From IMG/VR virus record IMGVR_UViG_3300045988_023906: 64,000 nucleotides of DNA; one strand, given 5' to 3'. This document shows, piece after piece, positions 50,528 to 61,632 of this stretch. Both the position numbers and the translations under genes were made by a program. Every line of letters starts with the position of its first letter. Within the stretch, counting starts at the first letter, position 1. The DNA comes from a virus. The notes below the pieces were generated by a model. The model saw only the letters and a program-made list of their open reading frames with translations, searched no databases and was not told the origin of the DNA.

Positions 50528-51550
50528 ATGACAGAAAAGAAAATGGAAGAGAAGGTGGATTATACTGTACCTGACTTTGATATAGACAATACAGAGACTC
50601 CACTTCAAGAAGTACCAAAAGAAGAGGCTACTGTAAAAAGCCCTAAGAGGACACAAAAGAAAGTAGAGGTATCTGATGATGCCTTAGTCAGTTGTCTGAG
50701 AAATGAGAGAATTATTGTAAGACATGTACCTAAGCTGACAGGTATGTGGGGTAATAACCCTAAGCATGTATTGTCGGGAGGTATGGCAGAAGGTGCAGTT
50801 AGAACATTTGTAGTACCAAGATTATCTTCAGGTATGTTTGTTAATGTCCTTACAGACAAGGAAAAGGCATTTCTTGAGGAAATAATGGGTCTTGAATATA
50901 ATGCACTAAGTATCTATAAGAAGGTAGATAACTTCTGGGATGATTCCAATGAGAATGGTATCAATAAGGTAAGATTGACAAAGCAGGATAACTATTTCAA
51001 TCTATCTGACCCAGAGGATTATATCAGATATAAGATACTATTAGCTAATAAGGATTATATTGCCTCTTCATTGCAGGTATTGCAAGACACTCCTAAGGCT
51101 ACTTACCAGTTTGTTATCATTTCTGAGGGTGAAGAGACTAAGGTTGCTAAGAATAATATGAGCACTACAATGATGTGCTATAAAGAGTTTGGTAAGATTG
51201 AGGATGATATTGATACATTAAGAGTTATTGTTGAGACTATTGATGGTAGACCTACATCACAGACTGCTAAACTTGAGTTCTTGCAGACTAAGGTTAATAG
51301 CTTAATACAGGCTGATAGCAAGATATTCCTGAAGGTTATCACTGACCCAATGTTGCCTACTAAGGTATTCATCAAGAAGAGTATAGAAGCAGGATTGATT
51401 TCAAATAGAGGGGGTTTCCTATACTTGAGAAGTGACAATACTCCACTATGTGAGGCTAATGAGGAACCTACATTGAATACAGCAGCCAAGTACCTGAACT
51501 CTCCAAAACATCAGGAAGTCAAGTTTTCCTTGGAGGCCAAGTTAAAATAA
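50528..51550 (+). CDS. hypothetical head-module protein
   Basis: 340-aa ORF. Confidence 0.6.
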   Translation: MTEKKMEEKVDYTVPDFDIDNTETPLQEVPKEEATVKSPKRTQKKVEVSDDALVSCLRNERIIVRHVPKLTGMWGNNPKHVLSGGMAEGAVRTFVVPRLSSGMFVNVLTDKEKAFLEEIMGLEYNALSIYKKVDNFWDDSNENGINKVRLTKQDNYFNLSDPEDYIRYKILLANKDYIASSLQVLQDTPKATYQFVIISEGEETKVAKNNMSTTMMCYKEFGKIEDDIDTLRVIVETIDGRPTSQTAKLEFLQTKVNSLIQADSKIFLKVITDPMLPTKVFIKKSIEAGLISNRGGFLYLRSDNTPLCEANEEPTLNTAAKYLNSPKHQEVKFSLEAKLK

Positions 51551-51566
51551 AGAAGAATATAAGATT

Positions 51567-52430
51567 ATGACACTACAGGAGTTTTCAGATGAATTTGATG
51601 TTCTCTACAATAATATATCCAGTAACCAAGCTCCGGGCCTTAATGAGTATGAAAAGTCTGTGTTTCTCACAAAAGCTCAGAATGAGATAGTAAAGAACTA
51701 CTTTACTTCTACCCAAGGAGGTAACAAGTACCAGCAAGGGTTTGATGATTCTGCCAAAAGACAAATAGATTTCTCTACTCTTCTAGTGCAAGAAGCCTGT
51801 CCCTTGATAAAGGTGGATTCCAAGAGGGGAACTGATATTTTGGAGGGTGTCACAATCCCCGGAAATATCTATGGCAGTGCTCCTGAAGCTGTATTATTCA
51901 ATGCCCCTAGCTTTATTGACAAAATACTGTTAGTGGTATCAGAAAGGATAATCATTAAGGATACAGATAATAATGTAGATAAGTATTATCAGGTAGTGCC
52001 TATAAAATTAGATAGTTTGCTTAATAACCTGAGCAAGCCCTATGGAAGACCTTTAAAGAGGCAAGTGTGGAGAGTTATAGAGACTTTTGGAGACCCTAAA
52101 GGGTCTGAAGGCCAGGCTGTAATTCCCACAAAGTACAATGGGTTCAGGTTTATATTGCATGATGCAGATGAGCAATTCCTAGGAGAATCTGGAGGTGAAA
52201 GTCCAGAGGATACCAAGGCCATTTACTTTATCACATATCTAATCAAGCCTAAACCAATAGTATTGGAGGACTTGGTTGGTGTATCAGTAGATGGTGAATC
52301 AGAGCAATCTCCATGTGTCTTGAATAGTGAACTACATCCTGAAATTCTTCAAAGGGCAGTAGAGTTAGCTAAATCTGCTTATATGGGAGATTTGAAAAGT
52401 AGTGTTGAACTGGGACAAAGAAGTGAATAA
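51567..52430 (+). CDS. head-tail connector-like protein, paralog 1
   Basis: 287 aa. Its N-terminus LQEFSDEFDVLYNNISS...NEYEKSVFLTKAQNEIV parallels that of the next gene. Confidence 0.6.
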   Translation: MTLQEFSDEFDVLYNNISSNQAPGLNEYEKSVFLTKAQNEIVKNYFTSTQGGNKYQQGFDDSAKRQIDFSTLLVQEACPLIKVDSKRGTDILEGVTIPGNIYGSAPEAVLFNAPSFIDKILLVVSERIIIKDTDNNVDKYYQVVPIKLDSLLNNLSKPYGRPLKRQVWRVIETFGDPKGSEGQAVIPTKYNGFRFILHDADEQFLGESGGESPEDTKAIYFITYLIKPKPIVLEDLVGVSVDGESEQSPCVLNSELHPEILQRAVELAKSAYMGDLKSSVELGQRSE

Positions 52431-53116
52431 TGACAACTGAGGAATTTTCTAATGAATTTGATGTTCTATTGAACAGCTACTCTTCAGGTGGAATTGAGTT
52501 CAATGAGTATGAGAAATCAATCTTTCTTACAAAAGCCCAAGAAGACCTATTAGTGGAATTATACAATGGTAAGAATCCATTCAGAGAATCATTTGAAGAG
52601 ACTGAGGAAATAAGGAGATACCTGAGCAACTTGGTAAAGACTTATACCACTACTGAAAAAATAGCAGACATTACTGGAATATCTGATAAGTCTGTATTCT
52701 TCAAGTTACCTAGTGACTTGTGGTTTATAGTTTATGAATCAGTTGAGCTGAGGGATGATAAGCTAGGCTGTAAGGATGGTAACCAAGTACTTGTGGTACC
52801 CACTACCTTGGATGATTACTACAATACATATAACAATCCATTCAGGGGTCCGGGATACAGGAGAGTCCTGAGACTTGATATTGATAATGGGATTGCAGAA
52901 ATAGTATCAAAGTATAATATAAGCAGGTACTTAGTCAGGTACCTATCTAAACCCAATCCAATTATATTGGTAGCACTGCCTGCCCATCTAAACATAAATG
53001 GAGAAAGCAAGATAACAGAGTGTGATTTACATCCTGCATTGCATAGGGTAATACTTGATAGGGCAGTAGGACTTGCAATAGCAAGCAAGGGTTTGGATAC
53101 AAACAGAACAAAATAA
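52430..53116 (+). CDS. head-tail connector-like protein, paralog 2
   Basis: 228 aa. It has TEEFSNEFDVLLNSYSS...NEYEKSIFLTKAQEDLL and a shared C-terminal LHP.L..R.V.LA motif. Confidence 0.6.
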   Translation: MTTEEFSNEFDVLLNSYSSGGIEFNEYEKSIFLTKAQEDLLVELYNGKNPFRESFEETEEIRRYLSNLVKTYTTTEKIADITGISDKSVFFKLPSDLWFIVYESVELRDDKLGCKDGNQVLVVPTTLDDYYNTYNNPFRGPGYRRVLRLDIDNGIAEIVSKYNISRYLVRYLSKPNPIILVALPAHLNINGESKITECDLHPALHRVILDRAVGLAIASKGLDTNRTK

Positions 53117-53145
53117 ACTATTGTGTAATTTAATATTAAATTAAA

Positions 53146-54201
53146 ATGGCAACATTTAGCGTGAATCAGGTAAGGCAATTTTATGTAGCAACTGCATTTG
53201 AGACTCCCCATGTAATTGAGTCTAATACTGCTGGTACTATTGCAGTATCAAATGATGCTGAAAAGAAACACCTGTATTTTGAATATAAGGGAGCTGATAA
53301 CAGAATGAGAAGTGACCTTATAGATATAGAAAACATTCTCTATGCAAAGGCAACTAGTGCTGATAGCATGGCTTACAAGATGAAGTCAGCTACCATAGCA
53401 TTGGATTCAAGTGTTAATGGTGGTGCTCCAGTTGCAGGTCAGGATTATATCCTAAGAATTGCATTTAAACAGTATGTGGGCATGTCTGATGAGGACCAAT
53501 ACTTCAAATATGGCATAGTTCATGCTTATTCTGGCATGACTGCTGATGTGTTCTACAAGACTCTTGCTCAATCTATTGCTAAGAACTTTAGCAGGGAAAT
53601 AGTTCCCTTGATTAAGATTGAGGTACATAGTGCTGCAACCAAGAGCAAGGAAGGATTTGATGCAAATGGTTATATGACAGTAACTCCTTCTACTAAGGAT
53701 AATGGCAAGAGTGATAGTACTAACCCATACTATGATGGTACTTCAGCAATTGTAGCTGACATTGACAGCATCAGAATTACTGAGGTAGAACAGCCTTGGA
53801 GATTAGGTGTTATGTCTCAGACACCAGTATATTTCACTGTACAGCCAGTTGAAATAATTGTAGATGGAGATGAGAGAATTTGGGGCACTGTAGAGATGGG
53901 TACCAATGGTACAATAGGTAATGGTAAGGTTATTGCAGACTTAGAGTACTTCTGTATGGGTGAAAGAGGAGACATCTACAGAGGCATTGGCTGGCCTAAC
54001 AACATTCCTACCACTTATCTGATAGACCCAAGCAAGACATATAATGTGCTTGATATACACTATGCCTATGTAGGCAGCAATGAGTCAGTACAAAAGTCTG
54101 AAAAGACAATAACTATTGCTTGTGCAGATAAAGTAGTTCTCAATCAGATAATCAGTGCAGTGAAAACTGCTACAGGACTTACTATTGCAGACATCTCCTA
54201 A
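53146..54201 (+). CDS. abundant structural protein (auxiliary capsid or tail component)
   Basis: 351-aa ORF followed by its own strong terminator. Confidence 0.6.
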   Translation: MATFSVNQVRQFYVATAFETPHVIESNTAGTIAVSNDAEKKHLYFEYKGADNRMRSDLIDIENILYAKATSADSMAYKMKSATIALDSSVNGGAPVAGQDYILRIAFKQYVGMSDEDQYFKYGIVHAYSGMTADVFYKTLAQSIAKNFSREIVPLIKIEVHSAATKSKEGFDANGYMTVTPSTKDNGKSDSTNPYYDGTSAIVADIDSIRITEVEQPWRLGVMSQTPVYFTVQPVEIIVDGDERIWGTVEMGTNGTIGNGKVIADLEYFCMGERGDIYRGIGWPNNIPTTYLIDPSKTYNVLDIHYAYVGSNESVQKSEKTITIACADKVVLNQIISAVKTATGLTIADIS

Positions 54202-54216
54202 AAGCGAGATACAAAT

Positions 54217-54245
54217 AAGGAGACTTTTATAGTCTCCTTTTTTTA
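54217..54245 (+). terminator. rho-independent terminator
   Basis: AAGGAGACT-TTTAT-AGTCTCCTT followed by a T-run. Confidence 0.8.
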
Positions 54246-54264
54246 TTTACCTAATTTGTGTAAT

Positions 54265-54837
54265 ATGATAAGATTTGCTACATTAAAAGCCTCAGGAGAA
54301 TGCAGGCAGTTGGTAATTGATGCTTCTATAGAAGCATACTCCTTCTATGATGATGTCTATATTGACTCAGTAGTCATAGATACTCAGGATACCTTCATGA
54401 CCTCTGGGCCATCATCAAGCAGTGTATATACAAAAAGCATTGATGGTAATTCCAAGCATGTGACATTAATCCTAGACAAGACAGATTTCAATGCAGCAGT
54501 AGATTTTGGTAAGGACTTATTCTTTGTCTATATTACTGTCAAAGGTACAATGGCACCTGATACTCCATGTGGGTATGACAGATATTATGATTTAGGAATA
54601 GCTGTCAATATGCATAACCTTTATAAGTCACTGATGGGTGGCATCAGACAGGTAGAGGAGACTTGCAATATTCCCAAGCAGCTTATAGACAAATACCTTC
54701 AACTGAAGGCTTTTACTACTTCCTTAAAGACAGGGAACTATACTTTGGCAATAAAGTATTGGAACAAGTTCTTTAGGAACTGTGTGATAACAGATGATAC
54801 AAGTACTAAATGTGAGTGTTCATTATGGATAACTTAA
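54265..54837 (+). CDS. hypothetical structural protein
   Basis: The ORF track starts at a TTG at 54256. The first ATG is at 54265. Confidence 0.5.
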   Translation: MIRFATLKASGECRQLVIDASIEAYSFYDDVYIDSVVIDTQDTFMTSGPSSSSVYTKSIDGNSKHVTLILDKTDFNAAVDFGKDLFFVYITVKGTMAPDTPCGYDRYYDLGIAVNMHNLYKSLMGGIRQVEETCNIPKQLIDKYLQLKAFTTSLKTGNYTLAIKYWNKFFRNCVITDDTSTKCECSLWIT

Positions 54838-55163
54838 GTAATGTATTGGAAAGGGCATTAACTACATACTTCAATGTACTTTCAAGTACAGGATATGTGT
54901 GTTATAATGATGTCAATAAGTTACTGCTTTTGTCCTTGATAGAAGAGCTTACTAGTGGCCCAATGTCTGCCTTTATAGATGATAAGGACTACAATAGCAT
55001 GAATAATGCCCTATATTGTATATTTGGTACTTCATGCCTGATACCATATCCTCCTACTGAGGAAAGCTCTGCTGTGTATGGTGAAGAGGGATCTATCAGA
55101 ATATCTGAGGATGGCATGATAAGATTCACACAAGATAACAAACCTAGAACTCCTGCTATATAA
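54816..55163 (+). CDS. hypothetical protein
   Basis: 115-aa ORF. Confidence 0.5.
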   Translation: MFIMDNLSNVLERALTTYFNVLSSTGYVCYNDVNKLLLLSLIEELTSGPMSAFIDDKDYNSMNNALYCIFGTSCLIPYPPTEESSAVYGEEGSIRISEDGMIRFTQDNKPRTPAI

Positions 55164-55226
55164 GTTATATATTTGCTTACTGCAAAAGATTCAATTAAAA
55201 CTATTGCAATATTGATTATAAATATC

Positions 55227-55234
55227 TATATTTG
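55227..55234 (+). promoter_or_regulatory. Bacteroides-type -7 box (TATATTTG)
   Basis: It lies 41 nt upstream of the ATG at 55275. Confidence 0.4.
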
Positions 55235-55274
55235 CAATAGTTTTTTATTTATTAATAAGCATGCATATATAGTT

Positions 55275-55949
55275 ATGACATACAGAGAATTAGTTTATTT
55301 ATGTCTGGATGAGGTAAAGAGTATATCAGATGACTCTACTTTCAATGAGAATCATATTATACTTTTGGCAGATAAGTATAGGGCATTCCTTATAAAGCAA
55401 AGATATTCTGATGTTAAGAAGCATATACCTGAAAGCAACTATCAGACTATATGTCTGGATTTGACCAAATCAGTATCTCCTTCTGATTCATGTGGCAGAA
55501 CCTATCTTATGAGTAAGGAAGAGGTACCTAATATATTAAGTGTCAGTAATACCAGAGTATATCCTATTGATTTCTATCAGGATAGTATAACCTTCATAAG
55601 CAGGGATAGGATGAGATATGTAGGATATGACAAATATCTACAGAACATAATATATTGCTCTCTTGCTCCGGATAACCACTTGTATTTAATCTCTATGAAT
55701 CCCCAATTCCTTTACCTCTCCAAGATAAAGGTAACTGCTATATTTGAAGATGCCAGCATAGCCTCTGAATTGGAATGTGGAGACAATAAGGAGTGTGATG
55801 TGCTTGATAGGAAATTTCCTATTGAGGAGAGCCTTGTTACTCCCCTTGTAAGTCTTATAGTAGGAGAGGTGCTGGGTGCTAAATACAGACCTGATGATAA
55901 TAAGAACAATGCTAAGGATGATTCATCTGATGTTTCAGTAAAGCAGTAA
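55275..55949 (+). CDS. hypothetical structural protein
   Basis: The ORF track starts at a TTG at 55173, through a low-complexity hydrophobic stretch. I prefer the internal MTYRELVYL start. Confidence 0.5.
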   Translation: MTYRELVYLCLDEVKSISDDSTFNENHIILLADKYRAFLIKQRYSDVKKHIPESNYQTICLDLTKSVSPSDSCGRTYLMSKEEVPNILSVSNTRVYPIDFYQDSITFISRDRMRYVGYDKYLQNIIYCSLAPDNHLYLISMNPQFLYLSKIKVTAIFEDASIASELECGDNKECDVLDRKFPIEESLVTPLVSLIVGEVLGAKYRPDDNKNNAKDDSSDVSVKQ

Positions 55950-55952
55950 CCT

Positions 55953-56507
55953 ATGAGTGATTGTCAAGAAGAGTATAAGAAATGGAAGGAGTTTAGGACA
56001 TCAGTGTGCCACTTGAATGAACATAGAACACATAAGGTATCAGGTTCCTTGGGTGTATATGATGCCTATAAGTATATAAGGAAAAACAAGTGGTTTGACA
56101 TAGGCAGGCCATTGACTGAGCATGAGTTTTACAGCATTATAAGAAGGGTCAACAACTATCTGGCTGAAAAGCTGCTTAAAGGACATGATATTAGTCTTCC
56201 TCATAGGATGGGAAGACTGGAGCTGAGAAAATATGATGCCAAAATCTACCTTAAAGATAATAAGGTTATCACCAACTTGCCAATAGACTGGGATAAGACA
56301 TTAAGGTTATGGTATGAAGACAAGGAATCTTATGATAATAGGACTTTAGTTAGAATAGAGGAGAAAGAGGTATTTAAAATCCATTATAATAGAAGTAAGG
56401 CAAACTATAATAACCAAACCTTTTATGAGTTCAATCCCAATAGAGAATTAAGGAAAGAATTGAAGAAGAGGATAAAAGATGGCAAGATTGATGCCTTCAA
56501 GTGTTAA
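55953..56507 (+). CDS. possible IHF/HU-like fold protein
   Basis: 184 aa. EHEFYSIIRRVNNYLAEKLLKGHDISLPHRMGRLELRK resembles an IHF-like helix plus beta-arm. crAss-like phages are known to carry IHF-like genes in this module. Confidence 0.35.
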   Translation: MSDCQEEYKKWKEFRTSVCHLNEHRTHKVSGSLGVYDAYKYIRKNKWFDIGRPLTEHEFYSIIRRVNNYLAEKLLKGHDISLPHRMGRLELRKYDAKIYLKDNKVITNLPIDWDKTLRLWYEDKESYDNRTLVRIEEKEVFKIHYNRSKANYNNQTFYEFNPNRELRKELKKRIKDGKIDAFKC

Positions 56508-56543
56508 ACTAAAGGATTGTAGAAATTTAATTGAGATGGATAA

Positions 56544-57251
56544 ATGATTAATAATATTCAATATACTAACATCAGACAGATACTGGATAGACTGAAAAGG
56601 CATCCTCTATTGCAGAACCTTACACTTGAACAAGTGGTATCCCACCTAGTTACATTTATTGGGATATTTGGAATGCCAGAGTTATATTTAAATAAGGAGA
56701 GTGTACTGCATATAGAAGAGTTTAGGGCCATATTGCCCTGTGACCTTGTATCCATAAATCAGGTGAAGGAGTGTAAGACTGGGATATGTTTAAGGAGTAT
56801 GACAGATAATTTCATGCCTAGAGAACATCGTGATAAGTATGAAGGACATAAAAGGCCGCAAGAGTTTGCCTTTAAGACACAAGGCAGAGTAATATATACT
56901 TCCTTCAAGTCAGGAGATATAATAGTCTCATATAAGTCTGTTCCAATAGATGAGGATGGGTTTCCATTGCTCATAGACAATCCTGTGTTTATGAGAACAC
57001 TTGAGCTATATATTAAGATGGAAGAGTTCACTACTTTGTTTGATATGGGAAAGATTCCTCCTGCTGTATTACAGAACACCCAACAACAATATGCTTGGTC
57101 AGCAGGACAATTACAGAGTGAATTTACTATACCATCACAATCTGAAATGGAATCAATAAGCAGAATGTGGAATACTCTTATTCAAAGGACAAGTGAGTTT
57201 GATAATGGATTCTCTTCTCTTGGCAATAAAGAGTATATAAAATTGCAATAG
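56544..57251 (+). CDS. hypothetical tail protein
   Basis: 235-aa ORF immediately upstream of the 1453-aa tail gene. Confidence 0.55.
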   Translation: MINNIQYTNIRQILDRLKRHPLLQNLTLEQVVSHLVTFIGIFGMPELYLNKESVLHIEEFRAILPCDLVSINQVKECKTGICLRSMTDNFMPREHRDKYEGHKRPQEFAFKTQGRVIYTSFKSGDIIVSYKSVPIDEDGFPLLIDNPVFMRTLELYIKMEEFTTLFDMGKIPPAVLQNTQQQYAWSAGQLQSEFTIPSQSEMESISRMWNTLIQRTSEFDNGFSSLGNKEYIKLQ

Positions 57252-57252
57252 T

Positions 57253-60200
57253 ATGATAAAGAAATCTACATGGCAGATAAAAGGTATGCAGAGGGACTTG
57301 TCTGTAAGCAAATTCTCTTCTGAGTATGCTTATGAGAACAAGAATATAAGGATAATGTCTACTGATGATAATACCCTGCTCAGCATAGTAAATGAGAAGG
57401 GTACTAAAGAGGTATCAAACATAGAAGGTATAGACTCTATAAAGGGATTACCTATAGGACAAGCTACAATTAATGGTTATCTAGTACTGTTCACTACAGA
57501 CCAAGACAATGGAAAAGATTACATATATAAGATATGGTTTGACAAGGACAGCTTGCATGGAGTAATATTATATGATAGTAACAAAGGTAATCTTAACTTT
57601 AATCCTCTATATCCTATAGAGACATTGTCATTCTATGAAGATGATAACATACAGAAAGTATATTGGACTGATGGATTAAACCAGCCCAGAGTTATCAATA
57701 TTACTTCTATAGAAGATTACACACCCAATTCTTTTGACTTTGTTATGAGTTTGAATCCCGGTTCAACTGTTAACATAACCAATATAGAAAAAGGGTATAG
57801 TGGGATATTCCCGTCAGGGGTAATACAATATTGTGTTACAGTCTATACCAAGAATGCTCAGGAGTCCAATATACTGGCTATATCTCCTCTATATTACATA
57901 ACAAAGTATGATAATGGAGGTAGTCCTGAGGATTCTTTATCTGTGAGTTTTAATGTAACAGTGTCTGTTAAAGATGTTGCATGTGAGTATGTCAGATTAT
58001 ATTCAATACTGAGAACTACACAAGATTCAACTCCCATTGTCAAAAGAGTTCAAGATATAAAGTTATCTTCCTCTACTCAAATAATCAGTTTTACAGATAC
58101 TGGTAATATTGGAGAGAGTATTGACCCTACTGAATTATTATACTTGGGAGGAGAAGACATATCTTGTGGTACAATGTGCCAAAAGGACAATACATTATTC
58201 TTAGGAAATATCAATGTTAATAGAATTGAGCCTGATAGCTCTATTAGAGAGTACTTCAGAGGATTAAATGTAAACCTCAATACAGTTACCACAATTAATT
58301 TGGGAACACCTTCTGGATATTATCAACATGAGTTTCAGTTGAATAACAACTCTAGCACTATTAAGATATTTAAATATTTGGAGTGGTACAGATTTGGCAT
58401 ACAGTTTAAGCATAAGTCAGGCAGGTGGTCTTCTCCAGTATTCATAAAAGACGCTCAGATTACCAAAACACCCGGTACTAATGACTTATATGGTAGTTTT
58501 GGTGTTTCAAATCTGGTATTCTATAAGTGCATACCTGAGGTATCATTCAATGATGATACCATAATTGGTAAACTAAAGGATTTAGGATATATTGGATTCA
58601 GGCCTATAATAGTATATCCCTCTATAGGGGATAGAGAAGTAATATGCCAAGGAGTTTTATGTCCCACTGTTTATAATGTTGGTGACAGATTCAGTAATTC
58701 CCCATTTGTACAGTCTTCTTGGTTCTCAAGACCCAACATTCCCTTTGATGTGATAAGGTCAGAGTCTGGGGATGCAGGCTTGCCAGATGTGTCACCCATA
58801 TTTGACATTCCTGAAAAGGCATTATATAGTGACCAAACCTTGTCAAGATATGGTGTAATAAATAATGATAAGCAGTTTTATTCTCCTAATGAGCTAGTTA
58901 AAATAAATATTTCCTTGGTTGATGCAGGTACTTGGGCTGAGTGTAGGCATAGTAGTCCTATACCGGGAAACACTCATAGGAATGCGGAGATACAGAATAT
59001 ATCCTACCCTCCTGCCACTCCACGCCTTGCAGGAGGAAACCATTTGCTGACAGATTTTAGTGAATATGTGGAGAAGCATAAACATGAGTTTTTTGTAGAC
59101 CAATCAATAGTTACTCTTCATTCCCCAGATATTGAATTTAACAGTGAAGTTGAGAATTATGATATTTCCAAGTGTAAGCTGAGGATAATAGGTGCAACTT
59201 TGGTAACTGCCAGTGTAGGGGATATTGACATTGTAACTTCTACCACAGGAACTACCATGGTTGGCGCAGATAATGAGAAGTTCCCACCAACAGGGTTTTA
59301 TAAGGAGTCTTGTGGTAGTGTCAACATATCCCCTTGGGCATTCAGAAGCCAATTGGCTAATATCAACTGGATAGATAATATTCAAAGAGACTTTGGTGAT
59401 GTTATGCCCTCACAATATAGAAGGATGCAGGCAGGCTTTGCCACATATCCTTGGCATAGGAGTGGAGGTCTTGATGGTACAGGCTGGGCAGATGAGAATG
59501 GATATAGACCTGCCAAGTTACAGTATAAGAGGCTATCCAATTTGAAATTCTCTGCCACTAACCTGTACCTTAGCAGTACTAGTACATGGGATTCAGGGGA
59601 ACTTGCAGATGCACAGATTTTTAATTCAAACGAGGTTACTCCACTCAAATTGAAAGCTCAGGAGCATTCTGGAAAAGGCACTTTAGTGTACTATGGAAAT
59701 GTAGATAAGATTACTTCAAATACTGAATATTCAGGTAGTGATTATTACCAGATTGTAACATCTTCCACCTATAATCAGAATGATGCCTCATATACTAACC
59801 ACGACATATATGTTGGTGACTTTACACCTACCATACCTTTCACTAATAACTCAATAAATAAGGCATATGACCCTGTACACATAAAGTACAAGTCTACCCC
59901 TCATGCTGTTATTGTACTTGAAGACAAGTACAACTTGAGTAAGTACTCATATAAGGTTTTGCCTACTATCATAGATGGTAATGATTATGGAGAGCCTACA
60001 TCTAGTAGTTGGCCTGTAAACCATGTTGCAATAACTCATGATGGTGCCCCTAACTTCTGGGATACTTTGGAAGTATACAACTCTGTGTCTCAGGATGTTA
60101 TAGGAGACTTTGTAGGTACTGGTCCTAATAAGACAGTTAAAAGTATCCAATATGGCTGGTGGTGGTTAGCAGAATTATACAGAAGTGATGTCACTAATAG

Positions 60201-61614
60201 GTTTGGAGGAGAGTCTGATGATGCTATACAGAGTAATCAATGGTTACCATGTGGAGAAACTACCTATTTCTATGATGATGACTCCAGCCATACTTATCTT
60301 GTAAAGTACTTGGAAGGAGACACATACTTCCAAAGATATGACCATTTAAAGACTTATCCATTTACTTTGGAAGATGAAAACTCGGTGACTGAGATAATGT
60401 CATTTATGTGTGAGACAAGGGTAAATCTAGATGGCAGGTATGACAATAATAGAGGTAATACTTCTAATCTATATATAACCCCTGAGAACTTTAACAAGCT
60501 AAATCAAGTATACAATCAAAAGGATAACTTCTTTACCTATAAGGTAAGTACTGATGATACTTCAGTATTGAACAAATTTCCTAATGTGGTTACTTGGACT
60601 AAGACTAAAACTGCTGGAGAACTTATTGATACTTGGACCAATATCACTCTTGCATCCACTCTTGATTTTGATGGTGATAAGGGTAGTATAACAGCTCTGA
60701 GAATGCATAATAATAATATCCTTGCTTTTCAAGATAAAGGCATTAGTCAGATATTGTATAATGAGAATGTGCAGATTTCTCCCACTAATGGAGTGCCTAT
60801 TGAAATTGCCAACAGTGGAAAAGTTACTGGTAAGAGGTACTTATCTGATAGTATAGGATGTTCTAATAAGTGGTCTATATGCAGGACACCTAATGGTACC
60901 TATTTTATAGATGATATTACCAAAGGTATCTTCCTACTTAACAACCAGTTGGATAACATCTCTGATAGGCTTGGATTCCATTCATGGATTAACAGTAGGT
61001 CAACTGGAATAAATGTATGGAATCCTAAAGACTTTAGTGGATTTGTAACATACTATGATAAGGTAAATGGAGATGTATTCTTCATAAGCAAGGATGAGTG
61101 CTTGGCATTTTCAGAACCATTAGGCCAGTTCTCTTCATTCTACAGCTATGAGAATGTGCCATATTTCTCCAATATACTAGACAGGGGACTGTGGGTAAAG
61201 GATGGGAAGCTATGGCTGCACAATGAAGGTGATTATAATACCTTCTTTAACAGTTACCAGCCTTTCTATACTACTGTCATATCCAATCCTGATATGACCC
61301 AAGATAAGATATTCAACACTCTTGAGTTCAGGGCAGACAGTTGGAACAGTGAAGGCAAGCTATTGGATACAACCTATGATACTCTCAGTGTTTGGAATGA
61401 ATACCAAAGTGGTGAATCCAAGCTTACCCATGTACTTGGAAGACCTTCAAGTCTCAAGAAGAAGTTCAGGATATGGAGGGCTAATATACCAAGGGATAAA
61501 TCAAACAATAAAGACAGGATGAGAAATCCTTGGTTATATCTTAAGCTATCTATGGAATCTGAAAATACAAATAAGACCATATTGCATGATATGGTGGTGC
61601 ACTACTTTGAATAA
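57253..61614 (+). CDS. large tail structural protein (tail hub/muzzle-type)
   Basis: 1453-aa uninterrupted ORF followed by a terminator. Confidence 0.7.
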   Translation: MIKKSTWQIKGMQRDLSVSKFSSEYAYENKNIRIMSTDDNTLLSIVNEKGTKEVSNIEGIDSIKGLPIGQATINGYLVLFTTDQDNGKDYIYKIWFDKDSLHGVILYDSNKGNLNFNPLYPIETLSFYEDDNIQKVYWTDGLNQPRVINITSIEDYTPNSFDFVMSLNPGSTVNITNIEKGYSGIFPSGVIQYCVTVYTKNAQESNILAISPLYYITKYDNGGSPEDSLSVSFNVTVSVKDVACEYVRLYSILRTTQDSTPIVKRVQDIKLSSSTQIISFTDTGNIGESIDPTELLYLGGEDISCGTMCQKDNTLFLGNINVNRIEPDSSIREYFRGLNVNLNTVTTINLGTPSGYYQHEFQLNNNSSTIKIFKYLEWYRFGIQFKHKSGRWSSPVFIKDAQITKTPGTNDLYGSFGVSNLVFYKCIPEVSFNDDTIIGKLKDLGYIGFRPIIVYPSIGDREVICQGVLCPTVYNVGDRFSNSPFVQSSWFSRPNIPFDVIRSESGDAGLPDVSPIFDIPEKALYSDQTLSRYGVINNDKQFYSPNELVKINISLVDAGTWAECRHSSPIPGNTHRNAEIQNISYPPATPRLAGGNHLLTDFSEYVEKHKHEFFVDQSIVTLHSPDIEFNSEVENYDISKCKLRIIGATLVTASVGDIDIVTSTTGTTMVGADNEKFPPTGFYKESCGSVNISPWAFRSQLANINWIDNIQRDFGDVMPSQYRRMQAGFATYPWHRSGGLDGTGWADENGYRPAKLQYKRLSNLKFSATNLYLSSTSTWDSGELADAQIFNSNEVTPLKLKAQEHSGKGTLVYYGNVDKITSNTEYSGSDYYQIVTSSTYNQNDASYTNHDIYVGDFTPTIPFTNNSINKAYDPVHIKYKSTPHAVIVLEDKYNLSKYSYKVLPTIIDGNDYGEPTSSSWPVNHVAITHDGAPNFWDTLEVYNSVSQDVIGDFVGTGPNKTVKSIQYGWWWLAELYRSDVTNRFGGESDDAIQSNQWLPCGETTYFYDDDSSHTYLVKYLEGDTYFQRYDHLKTYPFTLEDENSVTEIMSFMCETRVNLDGRYDNNRGNTSNLYITPENFNKLNQVYNQKDNFFTYKVSTDDTSVLNKFPNVVTWTKTKTAGELIDTWTNITLASTLDFDGDKGSITALRMHNNNILAFQDKGISQILYNENVQISPTNGVPIEIANSGKVTGKRYLSDSIGCSNKWSICRTPNGTYFIDDITKGIFLLNNQLDNISDRLGFHSWINSRSTGINVWNPKDFSGFVTYYDKVNGDVFFISKDECLAFSEPLGQFSSFYSYENVPYFSNILDRGLWVKDGKLWLHNEGDYNTFFNSYQPFYTTVISNPDMTQDKIFNTLEFRADSWNSEGKLLDTTYDTLSVWNEYQSGESKLTHVLGRPSSLKKKFRIWRANIPRDKSNNKDRMRNPWLYLKLSMESENTNKTILHDMVVHYFE

Positions 61615-61632
61615 CTTGATAGAGATAGCCTG

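Noticed and set aside
31833-61614. Stop-codon reassignment (TAG or TGA recoding), as seen in some crAss-like lineages
   Set aside because: The late genes, including ORFs of 766, 807 and 1453 aa, are uninterrupted in the standard code. None of the 24 tRNAs I folded has a CTA, TCA or TTA anticodon.
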